A stretch of 64,000 nt of DNA from an uncultured Gemmatimonadales bacterium (GTDB lineage Bacteria; Gemmatimonadota; Gemmatimonadetes; Longimicrobiales; Longimicrobiaceae). The stretch is taken from assembly GCA_963716255.1 (NCBI GenBank), contig OY970303.1:2400001-2464000 (forward strand), written 5' to 3'. Positions 46,581 to 55,851 of this stretch are shown one piece after another (positions within the stretch are counted from its first letter, which is position 1; each line of letters opens with the position of its first letter). The position numbers and the translations under genes are program-made. The notes beneath the pieces were generated by a model. It had not been told where the DNA came from, searched no databases, and worked only from the letters and a program-made list of their open reading frames with translations.

Positions 46581-47569
46581 GGCCCGCGCTGCGCCTCCTG
46601 CTGCTCGCCGCGGCGCTCGCCGCCGCCCTGCTGCTGGCGGTGCGGGTGGGCGCCGTCCCCCTGACGGCGCGCGAGATCGTGGACGCCGCCGCGTGGGGGA
46701 GCGGCGACCCCACCACGGTCGCCATCGTGCGGCGGCTGCGCCTGCCGCGCTCGCTGCTGGCGGCGCTGGTGGGCGGGGCGCTGGCCGCCAGCGGCGCCGT
46801 CTTCCAGGCGCTGCTCCGCAACCCGCTGGCGGACCCGTACGTGATGGGCGTGGCCGGGGGCGCGGCGGTGGGGGCGGTGGTCGCCGTGGCGGCGGGCGGG
46901 CTGGCCGCCTCCGCGGCGCCGGTGTCCGTGGCCGCCTTCGCCGGGGCGGTGCTCGCGGTGCTGCTGGTGTTCAGGATCGCCGCGTCGGCGGGGCGCGCGC
47001 TGGACACCCGCGTGCTGCTGCTGGCGGGGGTGGTGGCCGGGTCGTTCTTCAACGCCGTCATCCTGCTCACCCTCACCTTCGCGGACGCGGACTCCTTCCG
47101 CTCCGCCATCTTCTGGATGATGGGGAGCTTCGCCGGCGCCACCTGGCGCGGCGACGCGCTCCTGGCCGCGTACCTCGTCCCCGGTCTGGGCCTCCTCCTC
47201 GCCCTGGCGCGCCCCCTCAACCTGCTGTCCGTGGGCGAGGAGACGGCGGCGTACCTGGGGACGCGGGTGGAGCGCACCAAGCTGCTCGCCTACACCGCCG
47301 CCTCGCTGGTGACCGCCGCGGCCGTGGCCGCCTCCGGGGTGATCGGCTTCGTGGGGCTGGTGGTCCCCCACGTGGTGCGCCTGCTGTGGGGCGGCGACCA
47401 CCGCTTCCTCCTCCCCGCCTCGGTGCTGCTGGGCGCCACCTTCGTGGTCCTCGCCGACGCGCTTGCCCGCGTGGCCGCGGCGCCCACCGAGCTGCCGGTG
47501 GGCGTGGTCACGGCGTTCGTGGGAGTTCCGTTCTTCGTGTGGCTGCTGCGGCGGAGATCCGCGGCGTGA
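46577..47569 (+). CDS. btuC: FecCD/BtuC-family ABC permease
   Basis: LRLPR, FQALLRNPLADPY, GVIGFVGLVVPH, ELPVGVVTA; ATGA overlap with btuF. Confidence 0.92.
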   Translation: MRPALRLLLLAAALAAALLLAVRVGAVPLTAREIVDAAAWGSGDPTTVAIVRRLRLPRSLLAALVGGALAASGAVFQALLRNPLADPYVMGVAGGAAVGAVVAVAAGGLAASAAPVSVAAFAGAVLAVLLVFRIAASAGRALDTRVLLLAGVVAGSFFNAVILLTLTFADADSFRSAIFWMMGSFAGATWRGDALLAAYLVPGLGLLLALARPLNLLSVGEETAAYLGTRVERTKLLAYTAASLVTAAAVAASGVIGFVGLVVPHVVRLLWGGDHRFLLPASVLLGATFVVLADALARVAAAPTELPVGVVTAFVGVPFFVWLLRRRSAA

Positions 47570-48438
47570 GCGCCTGGAGCTGCGAGGGGGTGACGTTTCG
47601 CTACCCGGGGGCGGCGCGGGCGGCGCTGGACGGGGTGACGCTGGAGATCTCCGCGGGAGCGTGCACCGCGGTGCTGGGGCCCAACGGCTCCGGCAAGAGC
47701 ACGCTGCTGCGGCTGCTGCTGGGAACGCTCGCGCCCACGGCGGGCACGGTGAAGTTCGCGGGGCGGCGGGTGGCGGAGTGGCCGCGGGCGGCGCTGGCGC
47801 GCGAGGTGGGCGCGGTGCCGCAGGAGGAGGAGTCGCCGTTTCCCATGACGGCGCGCGAGCTGGTGGCGATGGGGCGCTACCCGTACCTGGGCGCCTTCCG
47901 GCGCGAGGGCGAGGCCGACCGGCGCGCCATCGCCGGGGCCATGCGCCGCGCCGACGTGGAGGAGCTCGCCGACCGCCCCGTGGGGACGCTCTCCGGCGGG
48001 GAGCGGCAGCGAGCCCGCATCGCCCGCGCGCTGGCGCAGGAGCCGGGGACGCTGGCGCTGGACGAGCCCACCGCCGCGCTCGACGTCGCCCACGAGATGG
48101 CGATCTTCGAGCTGCTGCGCGACCTGGGGCACGCGGGGACCACCGTGCTCCTGGTAACCCACAACCTCAACCTGGCCGCCCGCTACGCGGACCGGCTGGT
48201 GGTGCTGGACCGCGGACGGATCGCCGCCGAGGGGACGCCCCCGGAGGTGCTCACCGCGGAGATGGTGCAGCGGGTGTACCGCTGGCCCGCACGCATCGTG
48301 GCGCACCCGGGCCCGGGCCCGGACACGGGTGCCCCGCAGGTGGTGCCGCTCGCCGCCGGGGCGTGCGGCACGGACACGGACGCGAATCGACAACCCACCG
48401 AGGGCCCACGGGGCCGCAAGGACGAGCCGATACCATGA
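47566..48438 (+). CDS. btuD: ABC transporter ATP-binding protein
   Basis: GPNGSGKS, LSGGERQR, LDEPT, THNLNLA; GTGA overlap. Confidence 0.92.
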   Translation: MSAWSCEGVTFRYPGAARAALDGVTLEISAGACTAVLGPNGSGKSTLLRLLLGTLAPTAGTVKFAGRRVAEWPRAALAREVGAVPQEEESPFPMTARELVAMGRYPYLGAFRREGEADRRAIAGAMRRADVEELADRPVGTLSGGERQRARIARALAQEPGTLALDEPTAALDVAHEMAIFELLRDLGHAGTTVLLVTHNLNLAARYADRLVVLDRGRIAAEGTPPEVLTAEMVQRVYRWPARIVAHPGPGPDTGAPQVVPLAAGACGTDTDANRQPTEGPRGRKDEPIP

Positions 48439-50687
48439 GAACGACAGGAACGCGCGCCGCCGCGCGGGTGGCCGGGGCGCTGGCCGTGGCCGCGGCGCTC
48501 CCCGGCGCCGCCCGGGCGCAGCAGGAGCCGCGCGCCGCGACGCTGGACACGGTGGTTGTGACCACCAAGCGCTACCCGGCGCTGCGCACCGAGCTGCCGC
48601 AGAAGATCGAGGTGATCGGCCGGCGCGACCTGGACCGCACCCCCGCCGACGAGCTGGCCGACGTGCTGAAGAAGCAGGCCGCGCTGGACGTGATCCAGTA
48701 CCCCGGGCTGCTTTCCGGCATCGGCATCCGCGGCTTCCGCCCGGAGTTCAGCGGCATCGCAAAGCATACGCTGCTCCTCGTCGACGGGCGGCCGGCCGGC
48801 GCCACCAACCTGGCCACCCTGGACCTGAACTCCATCGAGCGCATCGAGGTGCTCAAGGGGCCCGCCTCGTCGCTGTATGGCTCCAGCGCCATGGGCGGCG
48901 CCGTCAACCTGATCACCCGCCGCTCCACCGGCGAGCTGGGCGGCAGCGCCTCGCTGGCGTACGGGAGCTGGGAGACGCTGGACCTGTCAGCCCGCGCCGG
49001 CGGCAGCCTCACGAGCCGGCTGGATGCCGACTTCGGCCTCGCGCGCTTCTCGCGCGGCGCCGACTACCGCGTGGGCGAGGGGAACCTGTTCCGCGGCTGG
49101 GTGGGGAGCACCGAGGCCACCAAGCTCCTTTCCCCCACCGAGAGCGAGGCCGTGCCCGAGCGCGGCGACGGCGCGCTGCGGCCCAACACGCGGTACACCT
49201 ACGGCTCCGGCAACGGCCGCCTGGGCTTCCGCCTGGGCGACGCGTTCCGCGTGGACGTGCGCGGCGAGGCCTTCCAGGCCGACGACGCCGAGACCCCCGG
49301 CGACCTGTACGTGGACGGCGACCCCGGGCAGCGCAAGAACCTGGAGCGCAGGAGCGGCGACGTGAGCCTGGCCGGCGCCCGGGGGCGCCACGCCCCGCTG
49401 CTGCGCGCCTACGCCGCGAGCGAGACCACCGACTTCTTCGACACCTACGCCGCGGACCCGTACGTCAGCTTCACCAGCGAGACCGAGACGCGTGGCGTGC
49501 AGCTGCAGGACGTCGCGCGCTTCGGTGCACAGGCGCTCACGGTGGGGGTCGACTACCACTTCGCGGGCGAAACGTCCGGCGTCTTCACGGGCGAGGCGCA
49601 GCCCTCCGCCCCCTACTCCCCGGACGCCGCCACCCGCTCCGCCGCCGCCTTCGCGGAGGCCCGGCTGGCGCTCCCCGGCGGCCGGCTGAGCGGCACCGTG
49701 GGCGGCCGCTTCGACCGGGTGGCGCTGGAGATCCGCGAAACGCCGCTGCGCCCCGACTGGCAGCCGGACGAGGAGACCTTCACCGTCTTCAACCCCAGCG
49801 CCGGGCTCCAGTACGCCGCCGCGCCGGGGCTCCGCCTGCACGGCACCGTGGGCCGCGCCTTCGTCGCCCCCAACGCCTTCGGCCGGGCCGGGCTGTCCGT
49901 GCAGCGCGGCGCCGGCGGCGTCGCCAGCATCACCGTGGGCAACCCGGAGCTGGACCCCGAGAGCTCCGTCACCTGGGACGTGGGCGCGGGCGTGGAGCGC
50001 CGCTCGCTGGGGCTGGACGCCGACCTGACGTACTTCGACACCCGCGTGGAGGACCGCATCAGCTCGGTGCGCGCCAGCTTCCCCGCGGGGGCGCGGCCGG
50101 TCACCGCCGCCGGCGACCCCGTGGGCTCGGTGAGCACCTACGTCAACGCCAACCGGGCGCGCATGACCGGCGTGGAGTGGCGGCTGGGGTGGGACCTGGG
50201 CGCCCTCGCCGCCCGCAGCTATTCCCTGCGCCTGTTCGCCAACGCCACCCACTACCTGGAGCGCGAGGAAACGGCGCGCGGCGTGCAGGTGGACGCCTCG
50301 CGCTTCGCGGGCCGCACCGACTTCCGCCCGGAGGAGGTCGCCGGGGCGCTGGTCTTCGGCGACGACGCCGAGCAGCAGATCCGCAACGTGGCCGGCGCCA
50401 CCGTCAACTACGGCGTGGAGTGGGACGACCTGCGCCGCTTCAGCACCCGCCTCACCGGGCGGTACGTGGGCGGGCGCACCGACCAGGACTTCACCGACTT
50501 CTCGCGCATCTCCGACATCGAGTACCCGGCGTTCATGACGCTGGACCTCGTGTCCACGGTGCGCCTGGCGGACCGGTACGCGCTGTCGGTGCTCGTCGAC
50601 AACCTGACCGACGAGAACTACTACGAGGTGCGGGGCTTCAACCTCCCCGGGCGCGCGGTTCGCCTGCGTCTCACGGCGGATTTCTAA
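48435..50687 (+). CDS. btuB: TonB-dependent receptor, probably for cobalamin
   Basis: LDTVVVT TonB box, IERIEVLKGPASSLYGSSAMGGAVNLIT plug, GNPELDPE, C-terminal Phe; under a B12 riboswitch. Confidence 0.88.
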   Translation: MRTTGTRAAARVAGALAVAAALPGAARAQQEPRAATLDTVVVTTKRYPALRTELPQKIEVIGRRDLDRTPADELADVLKKQAALDVIQYPGLLSGIGIRGFRPEFSGIAKHTLLLVDGRPAGATNLATLDLNSIERIEVLKGPASSLYGSSAMGGAVNLITRRSTGELGGSASLAYGSWETLDLSARAGGSLTSRLDADFGLARFSRGADYRVGEGNLFRGWVGSTEATKLLSPTESEAVPERGDGALRPNTRYTYGSGNGRLGFRLGDAFRVDVRGEAFQADDAETPGDLYVDGDPGQRKNLERRSGDVSLAGARGRHAPLLRAYAASETTDFFDTYAADPYVSFTSETETRGVQLQDVARFGAQALTVGVDYHFAGETSGVFTGEAQPSAPYSPDAATRSAAAFAEARLALPGGRLSGTVGGRFDRVALEIRETPLRPDWQPDEETFTVFNPSAGLQYAAAPGLRLHGTVGRAFVAPNAFGRAGLSVQRGAGGVASITVGNPELDPESSVTWDVGAGVERRSLGLDADLTYFDTRVEDRISSVRASFPAGARPVTAAGDPVGSVSTYVNANRARMTGVEWRLGWDLGALAARSYSLRLFANATHYLEREETARGVQVDASRFAGRTDFRPEEVAGALVFGDDAEQQIRNVAGATVNYGVEWDDLRRFSTRLTGRYVGGRTDQDFTDFSRISDIEYPAFMTLDLVSTVRLADRYALSVLVDNLTDENYYEVRGFNLPGRAVRLRLTADF

Positions 50688-50715
50688 GGTCTTCGTTCTG
50701 AGGGGCGGTTCCACG

Positions 50716-50860
50716 GTGTGGGGCCGCTCCAGAGCCGGACGATACTGCCGTCCGTCTCTTGCGCGGGTCGCGGAGCCACCGGAAACTGCCCCGGTGTCTC
50801 CGCTCCGGCTACGGGAGCCTCACGCAAACCACCGCGTGAGTCTCCCTTCGCTGCATCTGG
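50716..50860 (+). repeat. Structured element with three tandem GAG-C-[stem]-loop-[stem]-T-CTC hairpins
   Basis: Units at 50732-50758, 50771-50802 and 50813-50846; a second copy starts near 63955. Confidence 0.65.
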
Positions 50861-50923
50861 GGGAGGAAACTGCAACAGCGGCCAACAGCTTGCGTCATCG
50901 GCACAGGTGTGTAGGCCGGGGCC

Positions 50924-50978
50924 CCCTCCCCACAGAGTTGGGAGAGGGTGGCGAGCCTCGAGCGAGCCGGGTGAGGGC
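50924..50978. repeat. REP-like palindrome (inverted copy of 44061-44113)
   Basis: gggagagggtggcgagcctcgagcgagccgggtgaggg. Confidence 0.75.
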
Positions 50979-51014
50979 CGCCGTGACGCCGCACGCTGCG
51001 CGTGCACCGGACGA

Positions 51015-51051
51015 CCACTTTCGCACTCACGCACCTTCGCACTCACGCACT
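51015..51051. repeat. Short 8-nt-period tandem repeat (CGCACTCA / CGCACCTT)
   Basis: cactttcgcactcacgcaccttcgcactcacgcactt. Confidence 0.6.
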
Positions 51052-51812
51052 TGCCTTTCCTGCCCGCCGTCCGCCCGTTCCTGCTCGCCGTGGCGACGCT
51101 CACCCCGGTGCGCGCGCCGCTGCGCGGCGAGGCCGCGCCGGAGGATCTGCGCGCGGCGACGGCGTTCTACCCGCTGGTGGGGCTGCTGGTGGGGACGCTG
51201 CCGGCGCTGGCGCTCCTGCTCCCGCTCCCGCCGGTCCCGGTGGCGACGGTGGCGCTCGCGGCGTGGGTGCTGGCCACCGGGGCGCGGCACCTGGCCGGGT
51301 CGGCGGAGTGCTGCGACGCGGCCTTCGCGCCGCCGCTGGCGAGCGCCGCGGCCACGCGCGAGCGGCGGCTGGGAATCCTCCGCGACCCGCGACTGGGCGC
51401 CCACGGCGTCGTGGGCATTGGACTGCTGCTGCTGGGCAAGTGGACGGCGCTGGTGTACGCCACCCCGATCGCGCCGCTGCTGGCGGCCCCGGTCGCGCGC
51501 TGGGCCATGGTGCACGCGCTCCGCGCGCACCCCGCAGCGCGCGTGGATGCCACGGGCGCCGCGGTCGCCGGCCACGGGCGGCTGTGGACCGCCACGGGCG
51601 TGCTCATGGCCGTGGTCCTGCCGCTCGTCGGCACGTCGGGCGAACCGCTGCGCCTGGCGCTGGTGGTGATCGCGGGCGCCGCCGCCGCGCTGCTCGCGGG
51701 CGAGTGGCTGGCCCGGCGCTTCGGCGGCGTCTCGGGCGCCGTGTGCGGCGCCCTGGCCGAAGCGGCGGAGCTGGCCGCGCTCTGGGTGTTCGTGCCGTGG
51801 GGGTACGCGTGA
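51051..51812 (+). CDS. cobS: Adenosylcobinamide-GDP ribazoletransferase-like protein (divergent)
   Basis: FYPLVGLLVG, TGARHLAG..CD, RERRLGILRDPRLGAHG, RRFGGVSGAVCGA; start uncertain. Confidence 0.8.
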   Translation: MPFLPAVRPFLLAVATLTPVRAPLRGEAAPEDLRAATAFYPLVGLLVGTLPALALLLPLPPVPVATVALAAWVLATGARHLAGSAECCDAAFAPPLASAAATRERRLGILRDPRLGAHGVVGIGLLLLGKWTALVYATPIAPLLAAPVARWAMVHALRAHPAARVDATGAAVAGHGRLWTATGVLMAVVLPLVGTSGEPLRLALVVIAGAAAALLAGEWLARRFGGVSGAVCGALAEAAELAALWVFVPWGYA

Positions 51813-51861
51813 CCCCGCAGGGAGCCGCGCGCCCAGCCGGAGCGAGCACGCCCCGCCGCAC

Positions 51862-51907
51862 GCCGAAGCCCGACCCCGGCGCCAGCCGGGGGCACGCCCG
51901 AACCCGC
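51862..51907 (-). repeat. Partial (5' part) copy of the structured repeat
   Basis: gccgaagcccgaccccggcgccagccgggggcacgcccgaacccgc is the reverse complement of the 5' end of the 55156 copy. Confidence 0.75.
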
Positions 51908-51918
51908 AGTTGCCGTCC

Positions 51919-53004
51919 ATGATCCGTCCCCGTCCCGAGATCACGAACACGCCCCCCGTGCCGCACGGCGGTCTGCAGGCGAGCAGCGGCCCGCGGACCC
52001 CCGTGCGCGTGGACTTCAGCGTGTCCATGAACGCCTTCGGGCCCGCGCCCATCGTGCTGGAGGCCATCCGCGCCGCGCGGCCGGACGTGTACCCGGACCC
52101 GCAGTCCATCGCCCCGCGCCGCGCCGCCGCGCGCCGCTGGGGGAGGGCGCCCGAGGAGATCGCCTTCGGGGCCGGGGCGGCGGAGCTGCTGCACGCGCTC
52201 TGCTTCGCCTTCGTCCGCCCCGGCGACACCGCGCTGATCCCCAACCCCACCTTCGGCGAGTACGCGCGCGCCGTGGGCCTCTGCGGCGGGCGGGTGCTCC
52301 AGGGGATCGCCCCGCCCCCGGCGTACGCGCTGGACACGGAGGAGATCGCCGCGGCCGTGGTGCAGCACCGCCCGCGGATGGTGTTCCTGTGCGCGCCCAA
52401 CGACCCCACCGGCCAGCCCTTCCCGCGCGACGAGCTGCGCCGCGTGGCGGACGCCGCCGCCGCCGCCGGGACGCTGCTGGTGCTGGACCAGTCGTACGAC
52501 GGCTTCGTGCGCGAGCCGCTGGGCACGCCCGCGCTCCCCGGGCACCCGGCCGTGATGCACCTGCGCTCCCTCACCCGGGAGCACGCGCTGGCCGGGGTGC
52601 GCGCGGGGTTCGCGGTGGGGCCGGAGTCCATCGTCCGCGCGCTGGAGCGGGGGCGCCCGCCCTGGCCCGTCTCCACGGTGGCGCAGGCCGCCGCGGTGGC
52701 CGCCCTCACCGACGCGGGGACGGCCCACGTGGCGGAAACGACCGCGCGGCTGCGCTTCGAGCGCGAGCTGCTGGAGGCCGCGTTCTCGCGCCTGCGCCTC
52801 CCCACCGTGCGCAGCGCGACGCACTTCCTGCTCGCCGCCGTGGGCGACGCCGCCGCGCTCGCGGAGCGCCTGCGCGGGGAGCACGCGCTGCGGGTGCGCG
52901 ACTGCGCCTCCTTCGGCCTGCCGGGGCACGTGCGCGTGGCCGCCCGCACCCCCGCCGAGAACAACGTGCTGGTGGCCGCGCTGGAGGCCGCGTGCTCCGC
53001 CTGA
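51919..53004 (+). CDS. cobD: Threonine-phosphate decarboxylase/HisC-like fold-type I PLP protein (divergent)
   Basis: HGG..DFSVSMN, YPDP, PTFGEY, PNDPTG, SLTREHALAGVRAG, RDCASFGL. Confidence 0.8.
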   Translation: MIRPRPEITNTPPVPHGGLQASSGPRTPVRVDFSVSMNAFGPAPIVLEAIRAARPDVYPDPQSIAPRRAAARRWGRAPEEIAFGAGAAELLHALCFAFVRPGDTALIPNPTFGEYARAVGLCGGRVLQGIAPPPAYALDTEEIAAAVVQHRPRMVFLCAPNDPTGQPFPRDELRRVADAAAAAGTLLVLDQSYDGFVREPLGTPALPGHPAVMHLRSLTREHALAGVRAGFAVGPESIVRALERGRPPWPVSTVAQAAAVAALTDAGTAHVAETTARLRFERELLEAAFSRLRLPTVRSATHFLLAAVGDAAALAERLRGEHALRVRDCASFGLPGHVRVAARTPAENNVLVAALEAACSA

Positions 53005-53567
53005 CGCTGGTGCGGCACGGCGCCACGGAGTGGAACGCCGCGGGCCGCCACCAGGGGTGGAGCGACCCACCGCTCTCCGCCGAGGGCCGCGCCCAGGCCG
53101 GGGGGCTGCGCGGGCGCCTCGCCGGCGAGACGTACGACCACGTGGTGGCGAGCGACCTGCTGCGCGCCCGCGAGACCGCGCAGATCGCCCTTCCCGGCGT
53201 GGAGGTCGCGACCGACCGGCGATGGCGCGAGCTCCACTTCGGCGCGTGGGAGGGGCTGACCTCCGCCGAGTGCGCCGCCCGCGACGGCGACCTCCTCGCC
53301 CGCTGGACCGCCGACCCCGCCTCCGTCACCCCTCCGGAGGGCGAAGCGCTCGCGGAATTCGAGGCCCGCGTCGCCGCGGCGCTGGACGCGCTCCCCGCCG
53401 ACGGGAGCGTGCTGGTGGTGGCCCACGCCGGCACCATCCACGCGGCGCTCGCCCGCTGGATGGGGGTGGCGCTGCGGCAGACGCTCGCGCTGCGCATCGG
53501 CCCGTGCGGGATCACGCGGGCGGAGGTGTTCCCGGACGGACTGCGGGTGCAGTGCGTGAACGCGTGA
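52992..53567 (+). CDS. cobC: Histidine phosphatase, CobC-like alpha-ribazole phosphatase
   Basis: LVRHGATEWN, SDLLRA, ELHFGAWEG, VAHAGTI; cob context. Confidence 0.8.
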   Translation: MLRLTLVRHGATEWNAAGRHQGWSDPPLSAEGRAQAGGLRGRLAGETYDHVVASDLLRARETAQIALPGVEVATDRRWRELHFGAWEGLTSAECAARDGDLLARWTADPASVTPPEGEALAEFEARVAAALDALPADGSVLVVAHAGTIHAALARWMGVALRQTLALRIGPCGITRAEVFPDGLRVQCVNA

Positions 53568-53606
53568 AGGGGAGTGCGGAAGTGAACGGCTAACGGGGAT
53601 GGAGCC

Positions 53607-54092
53607 ATGAGCGGCAGCGACGACACGGCCGGGCACGAGGGGTTCCTGCGCGAGGCGATCCGCCTGTCCCGGCGCGCGCTGGAGCGCGGCGACGGCCCCT
53701 ACGGCGCCGTGCTGGTGCGCGGGGGGCGCGTGGTCCTGGCCCGCGAGAACACGGCGAGCACCCGCGAGGACGCCACCCGCCACGCGGAGATGAACCTGGT
53801 GGTGGAGGCGCAGCAGAGCTTCGGCGCCCATGCGCTGGCGGAGTGCACGCTGTACGCCAGCACCGAGCCGTGCGCCATGTGCGCCGGGGCCGTCTACTGG
53901 GCGGGGATCCGACGCGTGGTCTTCGCCTGCTCCTCCCATCGGCACGAGGCCGTCTTCGGTCCGGCGCTCGCCGTGCACGGGCGCGAGGTGCTCACCACGG
54001 CCACCCCGCCGGTGGAGACGGTGGGTCCGCTGCTGGAGGACGAGGCCGCGGAGGTGCTGGAGGAGGCCGCGCGGCGGGGCGCGGCATCCTGA
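53607..54092 (+). CDS. Zinc-dependent nucleoside/nucleobase deaminase (CDA fold)
   Basis: PYGAVLV, HAE, EPCAMC. Confidence 0.9.
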   Translation: MSGSDDTAGHEGFLREAIRLSRRALERGDGPYGAVLVRGGRVVLARENTASTREDATRHAEMNLVVEAQQSFGAHALAECTLYASTEPCAMCAGAVYWAGIRRVVFACSSHRHEAVFGPALAVHGREVLTTATPPVETVGPLLEDEAAEVLEEAARRGAAS

Positions 54093-54196
54093 CGCCCGGC
54101 GCCGCCCCGCGTTGCTCCCGGCGCCCCGCGCGCGTTATCCTCCCGCATTCCCGTGCCCCCGTGGCACCCCGCGCCCCCAGCCGACGTGAGGCAGCG

Positions 54197-55123
54197 ATGT
54201 CCAGCCCCCTCGTCCGTGCCCTGCTCGTCCCCGCGCTCCTGCTCGGCGCCGCGTGCGCGCCCCGCGCCACGGTCGCGCCCGACGACCACGCCGGCCACGC
54301 CATGCCCGCGGCCGACACGGCCCGCGCCACGGCGGTGGCCGCGCTCGACCCCACCCTCCCGGCGGGGGCCGCCGACGCGCGCGCCCGGCTCGCCGCCTCG
54401 CCGCGGCACGGCGAGTGGGCCATGGTGCGCACCGGTCCCGCCGACAGCGTCCGCGCCTGGGTCGTCTACCCGGAGCGCGCCGACAAAGCGCCCGTGGTGC
54501 TCGTGGTGCACGAGATCTTCGGCGTTTCCGACTGGATCCGCGGCGTCGCCGACCAGCTCGCCGCCGACGGCTTCATCGCCATCGCGCCCGACCTGCTGAC
54601 CATGAAGCGCGTCCCCGCCGGGCCCACCGGCGAGCCCAACCCCGATTCCGCCCGCGTGGCCATCCAGACGCTCGCCGCGGACGACGTGCACCGCCAGCTC
54701 CGCGCCGTGGCCGACTACGGCATGGCGCTCCCCGCCGCGCTCCCCACCTACGGGATCGTCGGCTTCTGCTGGGGCGGCTCCACCTCCTTCGCGCACGCCG
54801 TGCGAGTCCGCGGGCTAGGCGCCTCCGTCGTCTACTACGGCACCTCCCCCGCCCCCGCGCAGCTCGCCGCCGTGACGGCGCCCGTGCTGGGGCTGTACGG
54901 CGGGAACGACGCGCGCGTCAACGCCACCGTTCCCCCTGCCGACTCCGCCATGAAGGCGCTGCAAAAGACCTACGAGCCGCACATCTTTCCCGGCGCGGGG
55001 CACGGGTTCCTGCGCCAGCAGGACGGGCAGGCCGGCGCCAACCTGGCCGCCTCGCGCCAGGCGTGGCCGCTGACCGTCGCCTGGTTCCGCCGCCACCTGG
55101 AGCCGGGGGCCGCGCCGCGCTGA
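54197..55123 (+). CDS. Dienelactone hydrolase family lipoprotein
   Basis: HEIFG, GFCWGG, GAGHGF; lipobox LGAAC. Confidence 0.9.
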   Translation: MSSPLVRALLVPALLLGAACAPRATVAPDDHAGHAMPAADTARATAVAALDPTLPAGAADARARLAASPRHGEWAMVRTGPADSVRAWVVYPERADKAPVVLVVHEIFGVSDWIRGVADQLAADGFIAIAPDLLTMKRVPAGPTGEPNPDSARVAIQTLAADDVHRQLRAVADYGMALPAALPTYGIVGFCWGGSTSFAHAVRVRGLGASVVYYGTSPAPAQLAAVTAPVLGLYGGNDARVNATVPPADSAMKALQKTYEPHIFPGAGHGFLRQQDGQAGANLAASRQAWPLTVAWFRRHLEPGAAPR

Positions 55124-55155
55124 GGGCAACGGCAACGGCTTTTGACGGCGGGTTC

Positions 55156-55284
55156 GGGCGTGTCCCCGGCTGGCGCCGGGGTCGGGCTTCGGCTCCGTAG
55201 GGCTGCAAACAACGCAGCCCAACGGAGTCGAGCCCCGCGAAACTGCCCGCGGGTCTCGCCCCTTCGGGCCGAAATCCCTCACGC
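55156..55284 (+). ncRNA. Structured repeat/ncRNA candidate, full copy 2
   Basis: Same scaffold as 44218-44346; begins just after the hydrolase stop codon. Confidence 0.6.
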
Positions 55285-55346
55285 AGATGCCCGCCCGTGC
55301 TCGACATCCAGCAGTTGGCCGGGTGAGGGCACGCCGGCGGAGACAC

Positions 55347-55383
55347 GACGAGGGGGGCGCCGCGGCCGCGGCGCCCCCCTCGT
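55347..55383. terminator. GC-rich hairpin between convergent genes
   Basis: ACGAGGGGGGCGCCGCGG / CCGCGGCGCCCCCCTCGT inverted repeat. Confidence 0.55.
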
Positions 55384-55407
55384 GCATCCTGCCGTCCGAC
55401 GCTTCCG

Positions 55408-55641
55408 TCAGATGTCCAGCGAGTCGTCGCCGGCCATCGCGGTGCTCGGCTCCTTGCGGAACCAGCGGATCACCATGTACACCAGCAGCCCCGCGAGCAC
55501 CAGCGGGAGGAGCCGGAAGGCGATCCCCACCAGGCCCATCGTCACGGCCAGCAGGAAGAAGACCACCTTGAGGGCGATGACCGCGAGTACGCCCACGGCG
55601 AGCCACGTGAGCAGGGTGCTGAGCAGGTTCTTGTCCTTCAT
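55408..55641 (-). CDS. Small membrane protein
   Basis: 77 aa, AGGAG RBS, two to three hydrophobic helices. Confidence 0.8.
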   Translation of the reverse strand: MKDKNLLSTLLTWLAVGVLAVIALKVVFFLLAVTMGLVGIAFRLLPLVLAGLLVYMVIRWFRKEPSTAMAGDDSLDI

Positions 55642-55851
55642 CGTCGGGGCTCCTGGAAGTTGCCGTGGATCGTTTTTTCATCCGGTCTTGAGTGCCCTAC
55701 GGAGCACCGCGGAAAAAGGTTTCAGGCCGGGCGAATGAGCCCGCGTACGCCGTCCGGCCAGCGGACCCGGGCCGCGGCAGGTGCGGCGGGGCCACACGGC
55801 GCGTATAGTGTCCACTTCCCGCAGGCGCCACCCGACGCACCGGATGCCCCC

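Noticed and set aside
55156..55284. Hammerhead ribozyme (CGAAA present)
   Set aside because: No CTGANGA core in any copy
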